Below, piece after piece: positions 30,510 through 39,620 of a DNA stretch of 64,000 nt. Source of the DNA: Erythrobacter sp. (GTDB taxonomy: Bacteria > Pseudomonadota > Alphaproteobacteria > Sphingomonadales > Sphingomonadaceae); contig JASBTD010000016.1 in the NCBI GenBank assembly GCA_030148605.1, positions 8,006 to 72,005 on the forward strand. The letters run 5' to 3'. A program made the position numbers and the translations under genes. How positions within the stretch are numbered: the first letter of the stretch is position 1; every line of letters begins with the position of its first letter. The notes under the pieces were generated by a model that had not been told where the DNA came from, did no database searches, and saw only the letters and a list, made by a program, of their open reading frames with translations.

Positions 30510-31421
30510 TCAAAAGGTGTAGGCCATGCCCAAAGCGATGAAGTACTGGTTCGGATCGCCGCGCAGCGAAGTATAGGGTGTGTCCTTCGCATCGCCGACC
30601 AGCCTCGAATAGCCGGTGATTGAGACTGCGCTCCACCCGCCGTTCAAGGCATTGCCATCAAGGTCGAACACGGACAGCAACGAAACGCCCAGGCTCTTGA
30701 GCCCGCCATCGGCGCTGAATTCCGGCAGGCCGCTGGCTGCGCTTTGCGCCGGGCTGACCGAATAATAATAGTCCGCAAAACTGTCATCGACGAACTCTGC
30801 ACTGACACTCAATGACATGAAAGTGCCGCGGCTGAGCGGGCGCGAATAACCGATCGAAGGCTGCACCACCATGCCATCATGCGCACCGGCCACATCCCAG
30901 CTTGCGCCGAGATCGAATGACAGGCTGTCATTGCGGCCCAGCACGCCGGACAGGCTGTAGCTGGCGGCGATCCCGACTTCGAAAGCGGTGTCCAATTCAC
31001 CCGCAAGCTTGACGACATTGTCTTCAATACGGTTCGCGCGATCATTGCGAAACCGCACGCTCGGCCCGATGGCAAAATCGGCCTGGCCGCGCGGTGCTTC
31101 AGGGGTCAAATCAAGCGCGATCCCGGCTGGCTGCGGGCTGATCCCGATGCCGCCCAGGCGCCCCTGGATGACTGGCGCAGGTATCACAACATAATCGTTC
31201 GAGCCGCTGTAACTGGTCGAGTATCCCGCACCCACGCCGACTGTCAGCCAGTCACCTTCGAACACATTCTCGCCATCACGCACGCCCGGCGGCGGCCCGC
31301 CTTGCCCGCTTTCCACTCCGGGCGGGGGGCCGGATTGGTCGGGGCTTTGCCCGTCCTGTGCCGACAGTGGCATGGCGACGCATGCGAGCATTGAAGTGAT
31401 TGCAAGATTGAGTGTTTTCAT
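30510..31421 (-). CDS. MipA/OmpV-family outer membrane protein
   Basis: VGVGAG..SYSGSNDY..IPAP; beta-strand pattern; C-terminal AYTF. Confidence 0.85.
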   Translation of the reverse strand: MKTLNLAITSMLACVAMPLSAQDGQSPDQSGPPPGVESGQGGPPPGVRDGENVFEGDWLTVGVGAGYSTSYSGSNDYVVIPAPVIQGRLGGIGISPQPAGIALDLTPEAPRGQADFAIGPSVRFRNDRANRIEDNVVKLAGELDTAFEVGIAASYSLSGVLGRNDSLSFDLGASWDVAGAHDGMVVQPSIGYSRPLSRGTFMSLSVSAEFVDDSFADYYYSVSPAQSAASGLPEFSADGGLKSLGVSLLSVFDLDGNALNGGWSAVSITGYSRLVGDAKDTPYTSLRGDPNQYFIALGMAYTF

Positions 31422-31486
31422 GCGGGGGAATATTCTCCGATTCCCCCTTACAACGCAGCTATCGCTGCGCTGTTCCGCTCAAGCTG

Positions 31487-32074
31487 TCACCCGCCCGCCT
31501 GCCACTGAGCGATCGCATCGATCGGGAACAGCAGCATGATGACCGTCAGCGTCAAGCCGTCTCGCACCACCAGCCCGGCGACAACTTCACCGATAATCGC
31601 AAGCACGATAGTGAGCTTTATCGGCAATCGCATCGCCAGATAGAAACCCACAGCCATCCAGCCGATATCGGCAAAGGAATTGAGCACGCTGTCGCCCGAA
31701 TAACCCCAATTGGCCGTTACCGAACGAAAGCGATCGATCACGAAGGGCGTGTTCTCCAGCACTTCCCATGCAGCTTCCAGGAAGACAGCGAATGGCAGGC
31801 CCCATTTGACCGCAGTTTCGCCGCCGATCTTCCATTTGTGGAACAGCAACCAGCCAAAGGCATAAAAGATCGGGCCATGGATGATGTGGCTGGGCGTGTA
31901 CCAGTCGGCGATATGCTGGCTATTGCCCATCGAGTTTATGTCGCCGTGCCACAGCTTCACATATCCGCATTCGCACATCGGCGGGCGATCCATCGCCAGC
32001 AGGATGACAACCGCGACGATCGAGATAGCGACGGATGCCAGTATCGCGTTGCGGTTCGGAGCCAATGTTCCCAT
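31487..32074 (-). CDS. DUF2585 (UPF0314) membrane protein
   Basis: MDRPPMCECGYVKLW, NSQHIADWYTPSHIIHG, WEVLENTP and YSGDSVLNS. Confidence 0.88.
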   Translation of the reverse strand: MGTLAPNRNAILASVAISIVAVVILLAMDRPPMCECGYVKLWHGDINSMGNSQHIADWYTPSHIIHGPIFYAFGWLLFHKWKIGGETAVKWGLPFAVFLEAAWEVLENTPFVIDRFRSVTANWGYSGDSVLNSFADIGWMAVGFYLAMRLPIKLTIVLAIIGEVVAGLVVRDGLTLTVIMLLFPIDAIAQWQAGG

Positions 32075-32189
32075 GGGAGAGGAGAGTGAATCAGCCTTGC
32101 GGATCGCACAAGCCATGGGTGCGAAGACGCTGGGGATAGCTTACCGCGCCATTGCCGCCGCGCGCGCTCTGGCCTAGGGCATAGCCGCA

Positions 32190-33398
32190 ATGAGCGGGCG
32201 CGAAACCGATGTAGCAATAGTGGGCGGCGGCTTGGCCGGGGGCCTCATCGCGCTTGCCTTGCACAAGGCGCAACCGCAATGGCGCATCCAGCTGATCGAA
32301 GCGGGCGCAACGCTGGGCGGGAACCATCGCTGGAGCTGGTTCGACAGCGATCTGTCACCGGCAGGCGAAGCATTGCTCGAACCCTTCCGCAAGGTTGAAT
32401 GGGACAGCGGCTATGACGTGGCTTTTCCTAAACATCGCCGCACTCTCAAGGCCGATTACCGTTCGCTCGCCTCTGCCGATTTTCACAGCGGCCTGACGCG
32501 CGAATTGCCGACTGAAGCGATCCGGCTAAACACGCACGTCGCATCGCTTGATGCAGAAGGGGTCACGCTGGAGGACGGCGAGCGAATTGCAGCACGCTCC
32601 GTGATCGATTGCCGCAACTTCACCCCGTCACCGCACCTTTTGGGCGGATGGCAGATCTTCATGGGGCGGCATATCCGGCTTGACGAGCCGCACTCCGTCG
32701 AACGCCCGGTGATCATGGATGCCAGCGTTACCCAGCATGCTCCGGCTGGCAATCGATGCGCCTACCGCTTCATGTATGTGCTGCCGCTTGCCCGCGACGA
32801 ACTGTTCTTCGAAGATACCTATTACGACGAGACACCGGTGATGGACCGGGATCTGCTGAGTCGCCGGATCGCTGGTTATGCCAGCGACATGGGGTTTCCC
32901 GATGGCGAGGAAATTGGGCGCGAGGCCGGAATTCTGCCGGTGATTACCGGCGGCAATTTCAAAGCCTATCTGCGCTCGATCCGCATTCCCGGTGTGGCGA
33001 CGGCGGGGGCACGCGGCGGTTTCACCCATCCGCTCACCAGCTATACTGTGCCGATCGCAGTCGAAAACGCGCTCGCGATTGCCGAACGCAGCGATCTGTC
33101 CGGCCAGCAGCTCGCCGCATGGTGCGAAAATCGCGCGCGGGCACATTGGCGCAAGACTGCGATCTATCGCGCATTGGGGCGGATGCTGTTCAAGGCCGCG
33201 GAACCGGATCGCCGCGTAGACATTTTTCAAAGGTTCTACCGGCTTCCAGAGGAGCTGATCGAACGTTTCTATGCGTGCCGCACAAGCTTGCCTGACCAGG
33301 CGCGCATCCTCATGGGCAGGCCGCCCGTATCTATACCGCGTGCAATCCGCGCGCTTGCGAGCAAGGGTGAACCCTTGACCATGGAGACACCGCAATGA
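32190..33398 (+). CDS. crtY: Lycopene beta-cyclase
   Basis: IVGGGLAG, GGNHRWSW, RFMYVLP, EDTYY, FTHPLTSYTVP and IFQRFYRL. Confidence 0.93.
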   Translation: MSGRETDVAIVGGGLAGGLIALALHKAQPQWRIQLIEAGATLGGNHRWSWFDSDLSPAGEALLEPFRKVEWDSGYDVAFPKHRRTLKADYRSLASADFHSGLTRELPTEAIRLNTHVASLDAEGVTLEDGERIAARSVIDCRNFTPSPHLLGGWQIFMGRHIRLDEPHSVERPVIMDASVTQHAPAGNRCAYRFMYVLPLARDELFFEDTYYDETPVMDRDLLSRRIAGYASDMGFPDGEEIGREAGILPVITGGNFKAYLRSIRIPGVATAGARGGFTHPLTSYTVPIAVENALAIAERSDLSGQQLAAWCENRARAHWRKTAIYRALGRMLFKAAEPDRRVDIFQRFYRLPEELIERFYACRTSLPDQARILMGRPPVSIPRAIRALASKGEPLTMETPQ

Positions 33399-34960
33399 CC
33401 GCGCAGACCGGGATTACGCAAACGCCGCCGCGCGCGCAGCAGAAGATCGATCCGGCCAGTTATGACGGCAAGAGCGCTTGCGTGATCGGATCGGGCTTTG
33501 GCGGCATGGCGCTGGCGATAAGGCTGCAATCGGCGGGCATCGCGACGACTGTGGTGGAAGCGCGAGACAAGCCCGGTGGGCGCGCCTATTTCTGGGAAAA
33601 GGAAGGTTTCACCTTTGATGGCGGGCCGACTGTTGTCACTGATCCCGATTGCCTGAAGGAACTGTGGCAATTGACCGGGCATGACATGGCTGAAGATGTC
33701 GAACTGATGCGGGTAATGCCCTTCTACCGGCTCAACTGGCCCGACGGCACGAATTTCGATTACTCGAATGACGAGGAAAGCCTCAATGCAGAGATCGCCA
33801 AGCTCGATCCGGCTGACGTAGCTGGCTATGCCGAGTTCCTCGAGTATTCCGCAGGCGTCTATGAAGAAGGCTATTTGAAGCTTGGCACTGTGCCATTCCT
33901 CGATTTCAAGAGCATGCTCAAGGCGGCCCCCGCGCTGATCAAGAAGCAGGCCTGGCGCAGCGTCTATTCCATGGTCTCAAGCTTCGTGAAGAGCGAGAAG
34001 CTGCGTGAGGCGCTCTCGTTCCACACGCTGCTGGTCGGCGGCAATCCGATGAACACCAGCGCAATCTACGCGCTGATCCACAAGCTCGAAAAAGACGGCG
34101 GCGTGTGGTGGACACGCGGCGGCACCAATCGCCTGATCGCAGGCATGGTGCGCCACTTCGAGCGACTGGGCGGCACCATGCGCGTTGGCGATCCGGTGGT
34201 GCAGGTCCACACGATCGGCAGCAAGGCATGCGAAGTCGAAACGCAAAGCGGCTGGAAACAGCGCTTTGATGCGGTCGCCAGCAATGCCGACATCATGCAC
34301 AGCTATCGCGATCTGCTGAGTGGCACCAAGCGCGGGCAGGACTATGCCAAGTCGCTTTCACGCAAAAGCTTCAGCCCCGGGCTGTTTGTGGTGCATTTCG
34401 GGCTGGAAGGGACTTGGCCGGGCATACCGCATCACATGATCCTGTTCGGTCCGCGCTACAAAGGGCTACTGGACGATATATACAAGCAAGGCGTATTGCC
34501 GCGGGACTTCAGCATTTACCTGCATCACCCGACCGTCACCGATCCGAGCATGGCGCCCAAGGGCAAGAGCACTTTCTATGCGCTGGTCCCCGTCGCGCAT
34601 ATGGGCAAGCTGGCAGTCGATTGGGACAAGGTCGGGCCAATGCTGGAGAAGCGCATTCTCGACGAGATCGGGCGGCGTCTGATCCCTGACATCCATGACC
34701 GGATCGTGACCAAGTTCAGCTATGCGCCAAAGGATTTTGCGCATGATCTGAACGCGCATCTGGGCAGTGCGTTCAGCTTGGAGCCGGTGCTGTGGCAAAG
34801 CGCCTATCTGCGCGGCCACAACCGCGATGATGTGATCGACAATTTCTACCTCGTCGGCGCTGGCACGCACCCGGGCGCAGGGATTCCCGGGGTCGTCGGC
34901 AGTGCAAAAGCGACTGCGGGCTTGATGCTCGAAGACTTGGCAAGGAAATCCTCCCCGTGA
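33395..34960 (+). CDS. crtI: Phytoene desaturase
   Basis: IGSGFGG, RDKPGGRAY, FTFDGGPTV and VGAGTHPGAGIPGVVGSAKATA. Confidence 0.96.
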   Translation: MTAQTGITQTPPRAQQKIDPASYDGKSACVIGSGFGGMALAIRLQSAGIATTVVEARDKPGGRAYFWEKEGFTFDGGPTVVTDPDCLKELWQLTGHDMAEDVELMRVMPFYRLNWPDGTNFDYSNDEESLNAEIAKLDPADVAGYAEFLEYSAGVYEEGYLKLGTVPFLDFKSMLKAAPALIKKQAWRSVYSMVSSFVKSEKLREALSFHTLLVGGNPMNTSAIYALIHKLEKDGGVWWTRGGTNRLIAGMVRHFERLGGTMRVGDPVVQVHTIGSKACEVETQSGWKQRFDAVASNADIMHSYRDLLSGTKRGQDYAKSLSRKSFSPGLFVVHFGLEGTWPGIPHHMILFGPRYKGLLDDIYKQGVLPRDFSIYLHHPTVTDPSMAPKGKSTFYALVPVAHMGKLAVDWDKVGPMLEKRILDEIGRRLIPDIHDRIVTKFSYAPKDFAHDLNAHLGSAFSLEPVLWQSAYLRGHNRDDVIDNFYLVGAGTHPGAGIPGVVGSAKATAGLMLEDLARKSSP

Positions 34961-35414
34961 CGGGGAGGGGGACCGCGACGCGAAGCGGCGGGGTGGAGGG
35001 GCATTGACCACGCAACTCAGTGAAGCTTGCTCGCAAGCTGCGCAGCGAAATGTCGCTACCAGAGGTCTTGCTTTGGCGAGAATTGCGCAAGCGTCCGGGT
35101 GGTTTCAAGTTCCGGCGACAACACGCCGCAGGCCCGTTTGTGCTGGATTTCTACTGCGCCAGCGCTCGGCTTGATCTCGAAATCGATGGTGTTACGCATG
35201 ACACCGCACCAGCCGTGAAAAGGGACCTGGCGCGATCCGGATATTTGCGATCGCGTGGCATTGCCACCACGCGCGTTCCGGCCAGCTTGGTGCTTGAAGA
35301 TATCGAAGCGGTGGTTATGCGGGTAGTGGAGATATGTAACCAACGAACGGAGTCCGCCATGGCGCCCCTCCACCATCCTGCGGATGGTCCCCCTCCCCTT
35401 GCAGGGGAGGATTT
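34946..35414. mobile_element. DUF559 nuclease cassette bounded by composite inverted repeats
   Basis: Three perfectly complementary segment pairs: 34946-56/35404-14 (11 bp), 34962-74/35386-98 (13 bp) and 34992-35002/35364-74 (11 bp). Each end also carries its own CCTCCCC-N5-GGGGAGG hairpin. Confidence 0.8.
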
Positions 35415-35418
35415 GTGA
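35020..35418 (+). CDS. DUF559/Vsr-like endonuclease-domain protein
   Basis: ARKLRSEMSLPEVLLWRELR, FRRQH..GPFVLDFYC and LEIDGVTHD. GTG start; the N-terminus may be truncated. Confidence 0.85.
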   Translation: MKLARKLRSEMSLPEVLLWRELRKRPGGFKFRRQHAAGPFVLDFYCASARLDLEIDGVTHDTAPAVKRDLARSGYLRSRGIATTRVPASLVLEDIEAVVMRVVEICNQRTESAMAPLHHPADGPPPLAGEDL

Positions 35419-35996
35419 ACCGTCTTGCAGTCTATTGCGGCTCTGCCACACCACAGGACCCGCGCTACATCGAACTCGCCACTGAAGTAGGACGCAGCCT
35501 CGCCTTGCGCGAGATCGGCGTGGTCTATGGCGGCGGCAGGCTGGGCTTGATGGGCGCAGTGGCGCGCGGCGCACTCGACGCAGGCGGCGAAGTGATCGGT
35601 GTGATCCCCGAAGCGCTCGCCAATAGCGAAGTCGCCAACCACGATTGCACCGAGCTTTACACCGTATCCGGCATGCATGAGCGCAAGCAGCGCTTCACTG
35701 ACCTGTCTGACGGCTTCATCACCATCCCCGGCGGGGTGGGCACGATGGACGAGCTGTGGGAAGCGATGAGCTGGGCGCAGCTTGGTTATCACTCGAAACC
35801 CGTTGGCTTGCTCAATGCGATGGGCTTTTTCGACCATCTGATCGCGTTCAACGAAAAGATGGCGGAAGTCGGCTTTGTCCGCGCGGCGCATCAGAATATC
35901 CTGATCCATTCAGACACCATGGGCGATTTGCTCGACAAGATGGCCGCGTATGAACCGCACACGCCGATCTTCCGCATGAAAGCGGAGGATTTGTGA
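35415..35996 (+). CDS. LOG-family nucleotide phosphoribohydrolase (TIGR00730)
   Basis: AVYCGS, VYGGGRLGLMG, MHERK and PGGVGTMDELWE. Confidence 0.92.
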   Translation: MNRLAVYCGSATPQDPRYIELATEVGRSLALREIGVVYGGGRLGLMGAVARGALDAGGEVIGVIPEALANSEVANHDCTELYTVSGMHERKQRFTDLSDGFITIPGGVGTMDELWEAMSWAQLGYHSKPVGLLNAMGFFDHLIAFNEKMAEVGFVRAAHQNILIHSDTMGDLLDKMAAYEPHTPIFRMKAEDL

Positions 35997-36022
35997 GCAT
36001 TTTTGGCTTCGGACCCATGCCA

Positions 36023-36094
36023 GCCCGCGCCCTCCACCCTTCCACCCGGAGCCTACCGGGTAATCATCCGGGTGGAAGGGTGGAGGGTGCGGGC
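36023..36094. repeat. Long palindrome, copy 1 (28-bp arms, 16-nt loop)
   Basis: gcccgcgccctccacccttccacccgga ... tccgggtggaagggtggagggtgcgggc, with one mismatch. Confidence 0.9.
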
Positions 36095-36108
36095 GGCGCA
36101 GGCTCGCA

Positions 36109-37110
36109 ATGAACAAGGAATCGAATGTTATCGTCCCGCCGCATACGATACGCCCCACCCCGCGCAAGCCGGGCGGCGGGCGCAATCGCGCGCCGCTGGT
36201 CGAGAAAAGCCGCTTGGCAATCAAGCAGGGTTCGAAAAGCTTTTCCGCCGCCAGCCGCTTGTTCGACCGCACCACGCGCGAGCGGGTGTGGATGCTCTAC
36301 GCCTGGTGCCGCCGCTGTGACGACTTGACTGACGCGCAGGACATGGGCGGCGAACTGGGCGATCAGGCGGGCATTGAAGAACGGGTCAAACATATCCGCG
36401 TGCTGACGCAGGCTGCGCTTGACGGGCAGCCCACCGCCGATCCGGCGTTCGATGCCTTCGGACTGGTAGCAAGCGAGGTCGGCCTGACCATGGACGATGC
36501 CGAAGCGGTGATCGCGGGTTTCCAGCTTGATGCCGAAGACTGGCGCCCGCGCAGTGAAGCGGATCTGATGCGCTATTGTTGGCATGTCGCGGGCGCAGTC
36601 GGCGTGATGATGGCGCTGGTGATGGGCGTTGACCGCGCAGACGAGGATACGCTGGATCGCGCGTGCGACCTGGGCCTTGCGTTCCAGCTCGCCAATATCG
36701 CGCGCGACGTGGTGGAAGATGATGCCGCCGGGCGCTGCTACCTGCCCGCCGAGTGGCTGGTCGAGGAAGATATCGAACCCGGCCAGCACACCAAGCCGCA
36801 TCACCGGCAGGAACTGGCTGACATGGCGGCGCGGCTGGTGCGGCGGATGGAAGTGCACGCGAAATCCTCGCGGATCGGCGCAAGCAGGTTGCCGTTCCGC
36901 AGCCGCTGGGCGATCCTGTCTGCTGCGCGCATCTACACTGCGATCGGGCGTGAAGTGCTGGCGAAAGGTCGCGCCGCATGGGACCACCGCGTCTACACCT
37001 CGAAAGCGCAGAAGATCGGCCATGCGCTGGCCGCGTTTTTCGAAGCGCTGGTGAACCGCCCGCCTGCTCTTGATGACGAACCGCGTTGGAGACGCGCGGA
37101 TCTTGCTTAG
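36109..37110 (+). CDS. crtB: Phytoene synthase (exact start uncertain)
   Basis: GSKSFSAAS, LYAWCRRCDD, YCWHVAGAVG, LGLAFQLANIARDV.EDD..GRCYLP. Confidence 0.93.
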   Translation: MNKESNVIVPPHTIRPTPRKPGGGRNRAPLVEKSRLAIKQGSKSFSAASRLFDRTTRERVWMLYAWCRRCDDLTDAQDMGGELGDQAGIEERVKHIRVLTQAALDGQPTADPAFDAFGLVASEVGLTMDDAEAVIAGFQLDAEDWRPRSEADLMRYCWHVAGAVGVMMALVMGVDRADEDTLDRACDLGLAFQLANIARDVVEDDAAGRCYLPAEWLVEEDIEPGQHTKPHHRQELADMAARLVRRMEVHAKSSRIGASRLPFRSRWAILSAARIYTAIGREVLAKGRAAWDHRVYTSKAQKIGHALAAFFEALVNRPPALDDEPRWRRADLA

Positions 37111-37151
37111 CAATCTTGCGGAGAATGCCGCCAGCGCGTAGCGCTGCGCAC

Positions 37152-39029
37152 ATGATTTCAAAGCTCCTGATTGCCAATCGCGGCGAGATCGCCTGCCGCA
37201 TCATCCGCACCGCGCGCGCGATGGGGATCGCCACGGTCGCGGTCTATTCGGACGCCGACGCGAAGGCGCTGCATGTGCGCCAAGCCGACGAGGCGGTGCA
37301 TATCGGCCCCTCGCCCGCGGCCGAAAGCTATCTTGTGGGCAAGAAGATTATCGAAGCCGCGAAGCAAACCGGGGCCGAGGCGATCCATCCGGGATACGGC
37401 TTCCTGTCAGAGAACGCCGGTTTCGCGCAAGCGGTGATCGACGCAGGGCTGATCTGGGTCGGGCCGAAGCCGAGCAGCATCGAGGCGATGGGGCTGAAGG
37501 ACGCGGCCAAGAAGTTGATGCGCGCGGCAGGCGTGCCGGTCACTCCGGGCTATGAAGGCGAGGACCAGTCGGTCGAGCGCCTGACCAAGGAGGCCGACGC
37601 GATCGGCTATCCCGTCCTGATCAAGGCGGTCGCGGGCGGCGGCGGCAAGGGGATGCGGAAGGTCGATGCAGCGGCGGACTTCGAAGCTGCGCTCGAAAGC
37701 TGTCGGCGCGAGGCCAAGGCCAGCTTCTCCAACGACGAAGTATTGCTCGAAAAGTGGATCACCTCGCCCCGCCATATCGAAGTGCAGGTGTTCGGCGACA
37801 GCCACGGCAATGTCGTCCACCTGTTCGAACGCGACTGCTCGCTGCAACGCCGCCACCAGAAGGTGATCGAGGAAGCCCCCGCTCCCGGAATGGACGAGGC
37901 GACCCGCGAAGAAATCTGCGCCGCCGCCGTGCGCGCCGCCAAGGCGGTCGATTACGAAGGCGCGGGGACGATCGAATTCATCGCGGATGCCAGCGAAGGC
38001 CTGCGCGCCGACCGCATCTTCTTCATGGAGATGAACACACGGCTGCAGGTCGAGCATCCGGTGACCGAGGAAATCACTGGGGTGGACTTGGTAGAGTGGC
38101 AGCTGCGCGTCGCGAGCGGCGAGCCGATCCCGCTCAAGCAGGAGGAGCTGAGCATCAAAGGCTGGGCTATCGAAGCGCGGCTCTATGCGGAAGACCCGGC
38201 GAAGGGGTTTTTGCCGAGCACGGGGCGGTTGGAAATCTTTGAGATATACGGAGACCGCATCGAAACTGGAGTTTCGCAAGGGGACTCAATTTCTCCGTTC
38301 TATGATCCGATGATCGCGAAGCTGGTGGTTCATGGCTCTGACCGCGAGGAGGCCATCGATCACCTTGCGTCGGCATGTGCAGACACCTGCGTTTGGCCGG
38401 TCGCTACCAACGCTACTTTTCTGGCGTGCTGCTTGGTTCATCGCGAATTCCGTGCCGGCGAAATTTCTACCGGTTTCATCGCAGAGCACGAAAGCTTGCT
38501 GACCAATTTCGGTCCGATGCGAGAGCAGCTTCACGATGCGGTTGGTTCGGCAATCCTCTCCACAACAGCGAGGAAGTATCCTGCGGCCGATGGTTTTCGC
38601 CTAAACGCCAACTCAAAACTTCGGGTATTCGCCGACGTTGGCGAGGGAACGCAATCGTTCGTGACTTCCTTCGCGCTCGAAGATTCATTCATTCAGACAT
38701 TCCCCGTTTCCGATGGCCTAGTCCTTTTCGAGAAAGGGCAGCCACTCCATGCCGTTACATCCGTCCACGGCACCGGCCACGCCTCCGCCGCCGATGGTGC
38801 GATCATTGCCCCCATGCCGGGCAAGGTCATCGCGGTCGATGTGGCCGAAGGCGATGCGGTTACCGCTGGCCAGCGGCTTATGGTGCTCGAGGCGATGAAG
38901 ATGGAACACGCCCTCACCGCGCCGTTTGACGGGAACGTGACCGGCCTCTCGGTCGAGCAGGGTTCGCAGGTGCAGGTCGAGGCGGTGCTGTGCGTCGTGG
39001 AGCCAGGCGCGGCGGAGCCTGCTGAATGA
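37152..39029 (+). CDS. Biotin-dependent acyl-CoA carboxylase alpha subunit (biotin carboxylase + BCCP); substrate not assignable
   Basis: KLLIANRGEIA, IHPGYGFLSEN, RDCSLQRRHQK, EMNTRLQVEHPVTE and biotin site EAMKM. Confidence 0.93.
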   Translation: MISKLLIANRGEIACRIIRTARAMGIATVAVYSDADAKALHVRQADEAVHIGPSPAAESYLVGKKIIEAAKQTGAEAIHPGYGFLSENAGFAQAVIDAGLIWVGPKPSSIEAMGLKDAAKKLMRAAGVPVTPGYEGEDQSVERLTKEADAIGYPVLIKAVAGGGGKGMRKVDAAADFEAALESCRREAKASFSNDEVLLEKWITSPRHIEVQVFGDSHGNVVHLFERDCSLQRRHQKVIEEAPAPGMDEATREEICAAAVRAAKAVDYEGAGTIEFIADASEGLRADRIFFMEMNTRLQVEHPVTEEITGVDLVEWQLRVASGEPIPLKQEELSIKGWAIEARLYAEDPAKGFLPSTGRLEIFEIYGDRIETGVSQGDSISPFYDPMIAKLVVHGSDREEAIDHLASACADTCVWPVATNATFLACCLVHREFRAGEISTGFIAEHESLLTNFGPMREQLHDAVGSAILSTTARKYPAADGFRLNANSKLRVFADVGEGTQSFVTSFALEDSFIQTFPVSDGLVLFEKGQPLHAVTSVHGTGHASAADGAIIAPMPGKVIAVDVAEGDAVTAGQRLMVLEAMKMEHALTAPFDGNVTGLSVEQGSQVQVEAVLCVVEPGAAEPAE

Positions 39030-39610
39030 GCGACTGGCTGCGGGCGGCGATATGGGCGGTGGTCCTCATGCCGCTTGGCATCGTTCTGCACGAAGCCGCG
39101 CACTACGCCGGTTATCTCGCATACAACTTGCCCAATCCGACACTCTCCTACGCTTCGGGCGGATTTTCAGGCATGCGCGACTACTGGATCATGCTGCGCG
39201 AAGGCGAACGCGCCGCTGCCGAAGCGATTGCACCGATCCGCGAAGTCGGCATGGCGGCGCTGTATGGGCCGTTGCTGACCATCGTAGTCGGCGCGCTTGG
39301 CCTGCTCCTCGCATGGCGCGGATCGCTGTTCGGCGGAGTGCTCGCCTTCACTGCCTTTTTCCGCATCGTGCCGATCACGGTCATCTATGCCCTTGGCACG
39401 AGCGAGCACACTGACGAAGCGCACATCGCGCTGACCCTTGGCATTCCCGACCTTTTGCTGGTCGCACTACAGCTGGCAGGATTTGTGGGATCGGGCTGGT
39501 TGCTCGTTCGACGATGGAATTGGAAAGTGGCACTGGCGGCGCTTCTCGGCACGATTGCCTCGCTCGCGATCTGGATGACGGCGCTGGGGCCGCTGGTGCT
39601 GCCCGAATGA
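39026..39610 (+). CDS. Membrane protein with HExxH motif (putative M50-like metallopeptidase)
   Basis: LHEAAHY inside the first TM segment; later HTDE; 5-6 hydrophobic helices. Confidence 0.6.
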   Translation: MSDWLRAAIWAVVLMPLGIVLHEAAHYAGYLAYNLPNPTLSYASGGFSGMRDYWIMLREGERAAAEAIAPIREVGMAALYGPLLTIVVGALGLLLAWRGSLFGGVLAFTAFFRIVPITVIYALGTSEHTDEAHIALTLGIPDLLLVALQLAGFVGSGWLLVRRWNWKVALAALLGTIASLAIWMTALGPLVLPE

Positions 39611-39620
39611 GGTTAGGATA

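Noticed and set aside
35415-35996. LOG-family gene inside the carotenoid operon
   Set aside because: As I recall, crtI-LOG-crtB is a recurrent arrangement in Erythrobacter-like genomes, so it is not treated as novel.
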